Shown: positions 31,334-40,186 of the stretch, piece after piece
Numbering within the stretch: position 1 is the stretch's first letter
How the letters are laid out: every line of letters starts with the position of its first letter
Origin: an uncultured virus (IMG/VR IMGVR_UViG_3300033121_001601)
Taxonomy: Duplodnaviria > Heunggongvirae > Uroviricota > Caudoviricetes
Virus record (IMG/VR): IMGVR_UViG_3300033121_001601
Span: 1 to 64,000 of that record
Length of the DNA: 64,000 bases
Reading direction: 5' to 3' (one strand)
The notes under the pieces: generated by a model
Seen by the model: only the letters and a program-made list of their open reading frames with translations
The model's database searches: none
What the model was told of the DNA's origin: nothing
Position numbers and translations under genes: made by a program

Positions 31334-33004
31334 TTAACTCTGATTTTCCTTGTTCACGAATACCCACTTGGATTTACATGGATCGATTTTACTCTTAAAA
31401 TCGACAGATTGGCCTTGAATGTTTGCTTTGGCAACACTTGTCTGAACCTTCAACCCAATCAACCCTGGAATGGGCGAAAATGGGCCTGCAGCATTTGGAG
31501 CTGAAATGCCTTGGGATCCCAAGTTTCCAATTTCCGAGGCTACCTTGTCTCGTAAATCCTGCATTTTAGTGAACACTTCCTCCATGCATTCCTTGAATTT
31601 TGAGAATAGGACGATAGGGTCGGCATCATTCGAAGAAGCGGTATTGCACCGCAGGAGCACCTTCCCGTCCTCGTGCGTCTGCATTTGGATATCTTTGCCC
31701 ACCATAACGATGCGTCCCTCTTTGGTCATGACGAACAAGGAAAGATCTTTGTCATTCACTGTACCTTCTTTGATGAGTCGAATCTGTCCATGTTCTGAAG
31801 GGCCGTTGTCATCGTCCTTTTTGGTGGCAATCAGGCGAAGCTGCTCGGATTTCAAAACAATGAAAGGCTGCCCGTTCTGCTCATCTTCTGGAAGATCAGC
31901 AATCTCTTCCAGGAGGTGATCTCCTGAAGAGGGATAAATGCCATTGTCCCCGCCAAAAGTGATCTTAAAATTCTTGTCTCCCTTGGTCTTCATGGCGATA
32001 TAGAGTCTAGAAAGATCTCTCATGAAGTCTGGGTCACCTTCCCTTGGATTATCCACCTTCTGGCTCTTGTAAGGGGTCTTGTAGACTTCCTTCTTATTTC
32101 TGACGTTCTGGATCACCCTAGGAGATGTCGGATTAAAGTTGTCAGCGGTTGGATCCGTGTTCTCATCCGCAGGCAACTTTCGAATGGAGCCCACTCCAGC
32201 AACAAGATCTATTGTCCCAGCCTTCTCAAGAATGTCCTGCCCGGTCGAACCAGTAACAGGAACCACTGGTCCTGTTCGGTCAGCTCCCAAGCGAATCAAG
32301 GCATTGTTGGAACCTTGCAGGAGGAAGTCACCTGGACGCTTCTTGACCCTTGGCACAGTTTCCCAGGAGAACAAAGCGGAGGCGCTGGCATTGGTTACGA
32401 TGTCGTCGTAGGGGTTGGTGGATCCTGAAGGTCGAAGAGAAAAAGATTCTGGCGTTCCGGCTCCGTTGGGGAAGGTGGGAGCGGAAGCTGTGAGATTGCT
32501 CAGGATATTCGAGGTCATGTTCCTCGGATGGTTGTAAGGATCAAATACCCGGTCCCCATGGGTGTAGTTCACATCCTCAACCTGCCTTGCCGCCATTGGT
32601 CTTGTCAGCCAATAACCAGAAGAATTCCCCGTTCTATAGTAATCCTCGTATATGATGAGGACTTGCTCACCTGGCTTCACAGGAAGTTGGAAGTGGCTTG
32701 GAAACATCGGGTAAAAAATGTGGAGGCTAGGATGTCCGAGGTCTTGGGAGTTGGTGATTACTCTGGCAATGATGGAGTTGTACGGCATGCCCTCTACCAA
32801 CTCCGGGTTGGCAACAGCATCCTCAAGAACATCCATCTGCTCATTCGTGAGTGAAGTTGGGTCATAGATCACATCCACCACCACGGCTCTTTGGAGGGTC
32901 GGGGCTTGTCCTCCAAGAAGTTGGTCCCGGCGTTGTTGTGTATTGTCATTCGGACTGACTCCGCCTGTCAGTACTCGACCAGCATTGAATCCACGATTGC
33001 TCAT
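31334..33004 (-). CDS. Baseplate hub/spike protein (gp5/gpV-like)
   Basis: OB-fold-like FYP..FQLPVKPGEQVLII..YW, then PGDFLLQGSNNALIRLG. Lies directly upstream of the gp25/gp6-like genes. Confidence 0.6.
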   Translation of the reverse strand: MSNRGFNAGRVLTGGVSPNDNTQQRRDQLLGGQAPTLQRAVVVDVIYDPTSLTNEQMDVLEDAVANPELVEGMPYNSIIARVITNSQDLGHPSLHIFYPMFPSHFQLPVKPGEQVLIIYEDYYRTGNSSGYWLTRPMAARQVEDVNYTHGDRVFDPYNHPRNMTSNILSNLTASAPTFPNGAGTPESFSLRPSGSTNPYDDIVTNASASALFSWETVPRVKKRPGDFLLQGSNNALIRLGADRTGPVVPVTGSTGQDILEKAGTIDLVAGVGSIRKLPADENTDPTADNFNPTSPRVIQNVRNKKEVYKTPYKSQKVDNPREGDPDFMRDLSRLYIAMKTKGDKNFKITFGGDNGIYPSSGDHLLEEIADLPEDEQNGQPFIVLKSEQLRLIATKKDDDNGPSEHGQIRLIKEGTVNDKDLSLFVMTKEGRIVMVGKDIQMQTHEDGKVLLRCNTASSNDADPIVLFSKFKECMEEVFTKMQDLRDKVASEIGNLGSQGISAPNAAGPFSPIPGLIGLKVQTSVAKANIQGQSVDFKSKIDPCKSKWVFVNKENQS

Positions 33005-33068
33005 GAGGCACTCTTCTCTGAATTACATAGAGGATGCTCTAAAATTGAGGAAGTGCGTGCTCGTGTCG

Positions 33069-33512
33069 TTAATGCTTGTTCTTGTTTTTGTTGATTTGAT
33101 TATAGATGTCGTCTTCAGAGAAGTTGTCTTCCTCAATTTTCGGAGACTTCTCTTCAGCTGCGGCCACCAGCTCGGCTAACTTCAAAAGTTGGTTTGTTGC
33201 CTTCTCCATGCGCTCCATATACTTGGCAAGGGTTTGCCCATGAATGGCATGCTCAGCTGCCCTGCCATGAACCTGGACGTAGAGGTCAGCAAACACGAGG
33301 TAAGCGTTCTTACGATCAATGACAGCATTCTCGTAAATCTGCTTCCAGAGTTGCTTCTTCTTATCCAGGCTCTTATCAAGGGAATTCAGAAGGTCCCCGA
33401 ATGCCTTCATTTGCTCTTTGGCTTGCCGGTCAAGCTCCTTTGTCGGAATTGGCTTGAATTCGGTTTCTGGAAGTGCGTTCACAGCATCCTTGTCGAAAAG
33501 ATCGTTGCTCAT
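33069..33512 (-). CDS. Hypothetical alpha-helical protein
   Basis: 147 aa, coiled-coil-like; follows the sigma-like gene. Confidence 0.6.
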   Translation of the reverse strand: MSNDLFDKDAVNALPETEFKPIPTKELDRQAKEQMKAFGDLLNSLDKSLDKKKQLWKQIYENAVIDRKNAYLVFADLYVQVHGRAAEHAIHGQTLAKYMERMEKATNQLLKLAELVAAAEEKSPKIEEDNFSEDDIYNQINKNKNKH

Positions 33513-33516
33513 TTTG

Positions 33517-34284
33517 TTACTTCGTCATCTCTTCCTTGACTGTCCGGTATTGCTTCTTGAGAGAAGAGAGGACAATGGAAAGTTGTTTGCTCGACAATCC
33601 AGTTATTTCACGAATGTAGAGCATGACAGCTCTTTTACTAAGCAGGTCGATGTCGTCGATGTTTTTCACCAGAATTTCGATGGCATCCAAACAGGACCGC
33701 TCATTGTCCGTCTTTGCTTTTTCCTTGAGGGTCTCTACCAACTGTGGCAAATTCTTGGAAATGTTATCGTTGATGAGAAGGTCTTCAGCCGAAGGCAGGA
33801 CGTTCTGCTCCTCAATCAAGTGAAGATCATGCTTGGACAATGCCTCTCGATTATCAAGAGAGACATAGTTCTGAACCACTTTCACATTTTGCTTTGAACG
33901 AACCGTAAGCCAGTGCTTTGCAACTACATTAAAGTAGGAGAAAGCCTTAGTGCCTCGATCTTTTTTCCACTTGTCAATGGTGCCATAGAGGAACTCTAGG
34001 CACTCATTCTTCAGGTCATCCCGGGACTCATAGAGAACGTGGTAGCCGTAGACGTTAATCAAATTCTCCACCAGCGTTGCGAACGCTGGCAGAATGTCCA
34101 TAACGTAAATATTGTTCCGAGCCTCGTAGTTGTGAACCACCGTGTTATCAGGTAAAGTCGTCACTGACTCCTGGTAACGAACAATGGCTTCCTGGGTCTC
34201 ATCATCGAAGTAGTTTCGAAAACTTTTCTCGCCCGGCTTCCTCCGTGATATTTTTTTCTTTTGTGGTGGCGACGCTGTGGTCAT
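33517..34284 (-). CDS. Phage sigma factor, T4 gp55-like (late transcription)
   Basis: NYF...AI..Y and DDL..ECL.FL...IDKW..DRGTKAFSYF..VAK.W match sigma region 2. Confidence 0.7.
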   Translation of the reverse strand: MTTASPPQKKKISRRKPGEKSFRNYFDDETQEAIVRYQESVTTLPDNTVVHNYEARNNIYVMDILPAFATLVENLINVYGYHVLYESRDDLKNECLEFLYGTIDKWKKDRGTKAFSYFNVVAKHWLTVRSKQNVKVVQNYVSLDNREALSKHDLHLIEEQNVLPSAEDLLINDNISKNLPQLVETLKEKAKTDNERSCLDAIEILVKNIDDIDLLSKRAVMLYIREITGLSSKQLSIVLSSLKKQYRTVKEEMTK

Positions 34285-34616
34285 TAAGCTTCTTCCCCGG
34301 CAACCTCACGAACTTCAATGTACTTTTCTTTGGACCGTTGGGTGAACTTCGCCACCATCTTCGCAACCGCCAGCTTGGCAGCTTTAACCCCCTCCAGAGC
34401 ATTCATGGTTGCCTGTTGCACCTGGGGCGAATCAAAGAACATCGGAAGCGCCAAACAATCTTCGATTGACTTTTCTGCATCCTGCAAAACCTCCGTTGTC
34501 TCAGAGAAGTCATTCTCCAAGATCAAAATGATGCTGGCAAACCTCCAGAGGTAAAATACAGAAACCACTAAGAGTCCTGCCAGCAGCAGACACAAGAGAA
34601 TCAGAAAGGCAATCAT
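34284..34616 (-). CDS. Membrane-anchored hypothetical protein
   Basis: Hydrophobic N-terminal helix followed by a coiled coil. Confidence 0.6.
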   Translation of the reverse strand: MIAFLILLCLLLAGLLVVSVFYLWRFASIILILENDFSETTEVLQDAEKSIEDCLALPMFFDSPQVQQATMNALEGVKAAKLAVAKMVAKFTQRSKEKYIEVREVAGEEA

Positions 34617-34619
34617 TAA

Positions 34620-35798
34620 CTAGCCTCCAAGATGTGACAATAGTAGATTATCATATTGGGCACTAATCGTCTCGAAGCTGTAAAGGATTAAAAGCTTTTG
34701 CCGAAGATCCATGGCCCACTCCTTGGGAACTGCGTGGCTTTCTACGAACTTCAAGAATCTTCTCTTGGCATCGGCTTCTGTAGGATAGGCCCACTGAGCC
34801 CCGGGAACAAAGATTTGTCCATCCACCCTGGTTTCATGAACAGGAGCTAGCTTGTGCTCCACTTTCGAGAACCTTCCGTGCTTCATAAAATCCATGTGCC
34901 CGGACCAGCCTGTAGCAAACACAGGAAGCCCTGTGGCTGCTGCCTCCAGGATAGGCAGACCATAACCCTCGCCGTGCGTCAGGGAGACAAGCGCCTTGAC
35001 CTTGGGATGGCTGTAGAGGCCCACCACCTCCGAGTTGGTCATGGGACCGTGCAGAAGGTAGAACTTTGGCCCAGGGCCACGTTGCACTCCAGCAAGGATT
35101 TGCAACAGGGTATTTTGGGTGGCTAGCCGATCAATCTTGGTGTTCCTGATCATGTTAGTTTTGATGATCACACCAACGTCTGGACGATTGGCAAATGCCT
35201 CTGCCATCCACTTCAAAGTGTAAGGCAGGTTCTTCCGGTCGTTCTCGGGATTGTTCCCAGTGATCTGGCCAAAAACCAGGAAGTTGAAGTCCGTTGGAAT
35301 CTGGCTCAGGTCGATGCTGTGCTCCGAAGGATTTTTCACCTCGTCAATGAAAGACTCGGGAATCACCACAATCTCTGTGTTTACAGGACCGGAGTTCAAG
35401 AACGACTGCTTGGTGAACTCAGATGGAACAATAACCAAGTTCATGTTGTTGACAGCTTCAACCCACTTAGGGTTGCACTTGTCTGTCTCCACACCAGCCG
35501 TCATTCCGACGTTGAAGGACCCCAACATGGGATTCCACTCGTTCGGCAGTTGAAGCTGGATCGTAACATCATAGAAGGGCTTGGTATTCTCTGTTGCCTG
35601 GAGGATGCGACCCACAAGGCCATCCTCGGCTTCCACATCCGTTAACCACCCGGTGTGTCCCCAATGGAGAGCTTCCACGGCGATGTCAAGGTCCAGCTCT
35701 TCTTCCTTGGAAAACAGCCACTTGGCCACCTGTCGAGCATGAACGCCATACCCGGAGCAGGTCAAAACAGGAGCCCTCAAAAGAACAGTCTTTCCCAT
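34620..35798 (-). CDS. Glycosyltransferase, GT-B (GT4-like)
   Basis: SGYG..AR, IVPSEF, DRKN and GEGYGLPILEAAATGLPV. Confidence 0.9.
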   Translation of the reverse strand: MGKTVLLRAPVLTCSGYGVHARQVAKWLFSKEEELDLDIAVEALHWGHTGWLTDVEAEDGLVGRILQATENTKPFYDVTIQLQLPNEWNPMLGSFNVGMTAGVETDKCNPKWVEAVNNMNLVIVPSEFTKQSFLNSGPVNTEIVVIPESFIDEVKNPSEHSIDLSQIPTDFNFLVFGQITGNNPENDRKNLPYTLKWMAEAFANRPDVGVIIKTNMIRNTKIDRLATQNTLLQILAGVQRGPGPKFYLLHGPMTNSEVVGLYSHPKVKALVSLTHGEGYGLPILEAAATGLPVFATGWSGHMDFMKHGRFSKVEHKLAPVHETRVDGQIFVPGAQWAYPTEADAKRRFLKFVESHAVPKEWAMDLRQKLLILYSFETISAQYDNLLLSHLGG

Positions 35799-35800
35799 GA

Positions 35801-37228
35801 TTACTTCCCCTTGCCCTTCACTCCCAGTTTAGCCAGGATTGTGGGGTGGATTTTCTTAAACGGATGATCAGCGGGCAGATTGATAGAAGGTTTTGACTTT
35901 TCCACCTGAGCTGCCATCCTCTGTGGTTGAGCTTGAACGTTCAGCGGTGTAATGCTCCATCGCTTCCGAGTTGCCTTTTCTGCTTCCCACTTCTGGATGG
36001 TCTCCGAGAGAGTCCTGGACCACTCCTCAATCATTTTCTCGAAACTGAATTCGTGAGCCACATACTCCGTAGTCTTGGCCTTCATGGCAGCCTTTTCCTC
36101 GGCCGTCATCTTGTAGATTTTCATCAGACCATTGGCCACATCTTCCTGCGACGCAAAATCCTCGTAGATGTACGGAACCATCTGGCTTCCAACCAGCTTC
36201 CTGGTCACAGGCTCAATAGCAGCTCCCAGCTCCGTTCCATCTCGGTAGTCAACCACCTGACGGGTCAGACCACCTGTCTTCAGAGCCACCACAGGCTTGC
36301 CACACTGAAGGGAGATGAGGGTAGAAAGCCCAAATCCCTCATTCTTGGCAATGTTGATGCAACAATCCGTTACGTTGTGCAGGACGTTCATGTGCCCGAA
36401 ATCAAGCTTTTGAACAGAGAACAGAACGTTGTTCTGTAGCCCCAAGAGCTCCTGAACCATGAGTAGGTTTGGACCTTCAGGATCTCCAGGATCTGTGTGC
36501 ATCACAAGACATGCCTTCCGGTGTCCCTCTTTCTTTTCCAGCTTGTCCAGGAAGAGCTTCCATGCCTCCATGACATCAGAAGGAAGCTTGCGGGTCGCAT
36601 TTCGGTTAACCCACAGAGCCATGAACCAATCAGCCCGGGGACCAAAGTTGGCCTTCCGTAGCTGGGCAATCTCGTTCTCCGGACCAGCGAAGTACATCTG
36701 CTTCGGGAAGGAGTGGGGAATGTAGTTGGTCTTCTCTGGGAAGTGTGGCTTGACCATCTCGTATGTCTTGTAGGACAAACAGTTGATCAGCTCCGTAGAT
36801 TCATACCAAACCCGATTGAACATGGGATAGGGATCATTGTCCCAGACGTGCCAGTATGCAATCGGACAAAGCTGGTGAATCTCATCCTCAACCTCCCAGA
36901 GCCAGACGAACTGCCTTGGATCGGTGAAAATGATGATGGCATCCGGACGCTCAGTCATCAGGATGTTCCGGACTTGATCACGGGTTCCAAAGCCATCCAC
37001 AGGCTTGATGATGAAGTCAGGATTTACCTGGACAGTAGAGTAGTCCGGATGCTTGATCGCTCCACCAAGGCACAGAAACTTGAACTTTCCTGTGGCAATG
37101 AGGCCCTCAATGAGCATCCTTGCTTGTACGCCCACTCCTGAAGGGGCAAGTGGGTGATCAGACAGGAACAGAATCTTCTTCTTCTCAAGCGGGGCGGTTA
37201 CCGGTTCAGTTTGCTTGATGAGTGGCAT
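35801..37228 (-). CDS. Glycosyltransferase, GT-B (GT4-like)
   Basis: ILFLSD.P..SGVG, NRN..RK and NEGFGL....QCGKPVV...GGL. Confidence 0.9.
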   Translation of the reverse strand: MPLIKQTEPVTAPLEKKKILFLSDHPLAPSGVGVQARMLIEGLIATGKFKFLCLGGAIKHPDYSTVQVNPDFIIKPVDGFGTRDQVRNILMTERPDAIIIFTDPRQFVWLWEVEDEIHQLCPIAYWHVWDNDPYPMFNRVWYESTELINCLSYKTYEMVKPHFPEKTNYIPHSFPKQMYFAGPENEIAQLRKANFGPRADWFMALWVNRNATRKLPSDVMEAWKLFLDKLEKKEGHRKACLVMHTDPGDPEGPNLLMVQELLGLQNNVLFSVQKLDFGHMNVLHNVTDCCINIAKNEGFGLSTLISLQCGKPVVALKTGGLTRQVVDYRDGTELGAAIEPVTRKLVGSQMVPYIYEDFASQEDVANGLMKIYKMTAEEKAAMKAKTTEYVAHEFSFEKMIEEWSRTLSETIQKWEAEKATRKRWSITPLNVQAQPQRMAAQVEKSKPSINLPADHPFKKIHPTILAKLGVKGKGK

Positions 37229-37271
37229 TTCTTACCTTTTGCTCATTGATTGTTGAGCATCGTTTAAATTT

Positions 37272-37294
37272 GTATTGCCTGTTTTAGGCAATAC
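37272..37294. promoter_or_regulatory. Perfect 9-bp hairpin in the divergent intergenic region
   Basis: GTATTGCCT-gtttt-AGGCAATAC, in the leader of ORF 35801-37228. Confidence 0.4.
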
Positions 37295-37351
37295 GCTCAG
37301 TCTACTGCAATTAACCAGAGAGACTCTAATAGGTGGCCCATAGTTACCATC

Positions 37352-37615
37352 ATGAAAATCACAACTGCTCAACTACGTCAATTAATCAAAGAAGCCGTCT
37401 ACAAAGGTCTACGTGAAGGCGCGTACGAACCACCCAACTGGGATGATTATTTTTCTTCCGATAGAGAAAGTGGCCATGAAGGCATGATGGATGTCATTTT
37501 GAGCAAATTGGAAGAAGGCGAACCGCTAAGCAAAAATGAACTTGAAACTCTCAAAAGCGAACTTAGTGGTGACAGGCACATGGCAGGTCTAAAGCACTCT
37601 TCCGGCAAATTCTAA
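37352..37615 (+). CDS. Small protein with MKITTAQLRQLIKE leader, possibly a virion-internal protein
   Basis: ATAGTTA-5nt-ATG; leader resembles ORF 2258. Confidence 0.7.
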   Translation: MKITTAQLRQLIKEAVYKGLREGAYEPPNWDDYFSSDRESGHEGMMDVILSKLEEGEPLSKNELETLKSELSGDRHMAGLKHSSGKF

Positions 37616-38448
37616 ATCCCATATTTGATTCTAATAGACTCGGGCAAGTATTCCGTGTTATAGCGAAGAGCCAATGGAATAGTCCATTCGTAACCCAACG
37701 AAATCTCCAGGTTCACGTTATTGCCCTTCTCATCCCAGCCCAACCACTTGTTTTCATACCAGTCCTCGTTGGGCGGACTATCACCAACAATCCTAGAAAA
37801 AGCCAAGGCTGTCAGGTGTTTCCAGTACATGTTCTGCGGAGACAGACAGAACCCGAGATTGTGGACCTTGGCAGGAAGCCTGTGGATGCCCTCAGAAGCC
37901 CCATTGAAGCCTGTTTCGCCCATGGGAGACCCTAAGATACGGTGAAACACCACAGACGTTCTGTTGGGCCTCTCGGGCACGTAGAACTCGGGGGTCTTCC
38001 ATAGCTCAACCTGCCGGGTTGTAGCCTGGGTGCCAGAGTAAAGATGCCAGGAAGTGAAAGCTTTCTCAGCTTCCTCCGCACTGAACACATGATCAGGTTC
38101 AATGAATACCACGGTATACGGCTTGCACCTCTTTAGGATCAGGTCGTTGACAATGTGGGTGAGTTGGCCTTTTGGAGTTGGCCAGTAGTCATCAATGATT
38201 TCGACCTTGGATTCGTTCAATTCCCGAATCTTCTCTCGGGTCTTGTCGAACTCCTCCGGCCAGGAGACCCACTGCCCTTTGTAGGTCACTCCTCGGGTAT
38301 TGCCCCATGGCTTCTCGGCCTTCACGACAAACACCTTGTCCACATAAGGGAGGATGGATCGGATTGACTCCTGGATGAAATCCTCGCCATAGAGGATTCG
38401 ATAGACCGCTACAGTGCCTAGATCGCAGTTTGGATGAGTGGTGGACAT
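37612..38448 (-). CDS. Glycosyltransferase-like protein, GT-A (GT2-like)
   Basis: EDFIQESIRSILPYVDKVFVV, D.T.E.I, EPDH (DxD-like) and HNLGF. Confidence 0.65.
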   Translation of the reverse strand: MSTTHPNCDLGTVAVYRILYGEDFIQESIRSILPYVDKVFVVKAEKPWGNTRGVTYKGQWVSWPEEFDKTREKIRELNESKVEIIDDYWPTPKGQLTHIVNDLILKRCKPYTVVFIEPDHVFSAEEAEKAFTSWHLYSGTQATTRQVELWKTPEFYVPERPNRTSVVFHRILGSPMGETGFNGASEGIHRLPAKVHNLGFCLSPQNMYWKHLTALAFSRIVGDSPPNEDWYENKWLGWDEKGNNVNLEISLGYEWTIPLALRYNTEYLPESIRIKYGI

Positions 38449-39335
38449 GCTTCTCTGGACCCGCTGTTGAGAATGTTGGAAATTAGGTTGAAATTGAGTG
38501 TCTGAAGATTGGAGGCAAGTGTTTTATTGCGAGTGTGGTTTACCCGCTCAAAGGGTTCAAATACCACCACAGGAACAATCCCTATGCGGGAGTAGTTCAT
38601 CAGGTGTTCGGTATCCTCACCCCAGAATTGCTTAAACCGCTCGTCATAACCATTCTTGGCCATCACATGCCGGTCACCGAAGTAGAGCCCATTGCCCAGT
38701 CGATAGTCATTCTTCAGGTTTAGGACGCCGCCGTTAGGGAATTGCTGGAACTTCCCGATTATGTTGTTGAACTCGGTGTAGGACAGTCTCACGTCCACGT
38801 CCAGGACGAACATGTGGTCATAGGTGGCATTTTGGAGACAGAGGTTCCGGGCGTAAGCCATGTGGAACTTCTCCAGCGGCTCCTTGTGGACTCGAATTCC
38901 TGGGGGGAGATCTGCATCCCCAAAAAGGACCACACTGATTTCCATGTTCTCAGGTAGCCACTTCTGGTAGTGTTTGATCGTCTCCCGGAAGATTGAAATG
39001 TATGGCTCATCCGCTGTGCATATGAACCCAAAGGTCACCCCTGGAATGTACTTGGCTGTCACCTTGGGGAAGGCAAGCTTCAGCCGGGCTGCTTCTTTTA
39101 GGACAAACAAGTGAAAGGAGTGGTCGTCATATGCTAGAGCCTCGATGAGCCGGGCTCCTTCAATCTCAATTTCCTGTGGAAGACGTTCGTGCCAAACTCC
39201 CAGCATGGAATGCAGCGGTGCTTCCAGGAAGTGCTTCTCGAAATCTGTGACATTTGTGAAAAAGTAGTGGGGACCAGCACAATAAGGCATGGTACCCTCG
39301 AACTTGTGCCGAGCACATTCCATGGAAAGAGTCAT
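38418..39335 (-). CDS. Glycosyltransferase-like protein (GT2/GT7-type C-terminus)
   Basis: F..AYARN....A..D..FVLDVD and GYDERF..WGED. Confidence 0.7.
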   Translation of the reverse strand: MTLSMECARHKFEGTMPYCAGPHYFFTNVTDFEKHFLEAPLHSMLGVWHERLPQEIEIEGARLIEALAYDDHSFHLFVLKEAARLKLAFPKVTAKYIPGVTFGFICTADEPYISIFRETIKHYQKWLPENMEISVVLFGDADLPPGIRVHKEPLEKFHMAYARNLCLQNATYDHMFVLDVDVRLSYTEFNNIIGKFQQFPNGGVLNLKNDYRLGNGLYFGDRHVMAKNGYDERFKQFWGEDTEHLMNYSRIGIVPVVVFEPFERVNHTRNKTLASNLQTLNFNLISNILNSGSREACPPLIQTAI

Positions 39336-39360
39336 TCGCTAAGTCTAGCGAACGGAATGC

Positions 39361-40164
39361 CTATTGCACTTCCACGTCCAAAATTTTGACTTGATCGTTG
39401 CTGAAGACGGCAACTTCTGGAATTCCCTCCACCAAGTCCTCACCGTAGAAGACAACGGCATCGTAGACGTTGGAAGAGGCTTGCCTTGCTTCTTCCTTGT
39501 CCTTGGTGACCAGAACCCTGAAAGCGGTGACAGAGACGGTATAGACCTTGGGACGGTACTTGGAAGAATCGAGACCAACATCATCCAGTAGGTCATACAT
39601 CCACGACGGGGAGCCGGTGTTGCCCCCGAAGATATTCGTGAAGTCATCCAGGCCGTTATCTCCTCGTTCGCCCTTTTTGGAACCTGGGATGAAGTCGGCA
39701 ATATCTGAAATGGTGTTCGGATCCACCTTCAGGAATTGCTGGAACCCTTGAGAATCAAAGGTTCCTTCCCCTGGTGGGGGGTTGTCATTCCAAAACCCAT
39801 GAGTCCGTGCAAAAGTCTCCCAGGCATCTGGGCCTTCCTTGTAGATGGCCTCCAGGAACTCTCCGGCTGACTTGTTCACACTCTTCAGGTCTTGAATGAC
39901 TTCAGGGGGAAGACCCATGTTTCTGTTGGCGTTGGCATACTTCCAGGCCACTCGTTTGGAAGGAGTGAAAAAGAGCCCTTTCCCGTAGTAGGCATTGACC
40001 AGTTCATCTCGGCTTTTCCCAATGTCAAAAGCCTTGAAAGAAGCCGTGGTGCCGTGATAAAGGGTAACAGGCTGGCCCGAAGTAAGACCTTCTAGGCCGT
40101 AGTAGGAGAGGTTCAGGTCGGGGGACTCTTTGAGCAACCACTTCCAGTAACGTTGTAGTCTCAT
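39361..40164 (-). CDS. ADP-ribosyltransferase-like protein (polyvalent-protein ART type)
   Basis: LYHGT..F..F, G.GLFFT....A..YA and C-terminal YDAV..EVAVF..QVK; preceded by ATACTTA-5nt-ATG. Confidence 0.6.
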   Translation of the reverse strand: MRLQRYWKWLLKESPDLNLSYYGLEGLTSGQPVTLYHGTTASFKAFDIGKSRDELVNAYYGKGLFFTPSKRVAWKYANANRNMGLPPEVIQDLKSVNKSAGEFLEAIYKEGPDAWETFARTHGFWNDNPPPGEGTFDSQGFQQFLKVDPNTISDIADFIPGSKKGERGDNGLDDFTNIFGGNTGSPSWMYDLLDDVGLDSSKYRPKVYTVSVTAFRVLVTKDKEEARQASSNVYDAVVFYGEDLVEGIPEVAVFSNDQVKILDVEVQ

Positions 40165-40186
40165 GGAAGTAAGTATTCAGAGTGGC

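Noticed and set aside
2623..33004. Bacterial contractile injection system or tailocin locus
   Set aside because: The flanking primase, resolvase, gp55-like sigma, PhoH, inteins and homing endonucleases, with no housekeeping genes, indicate a phage genome.
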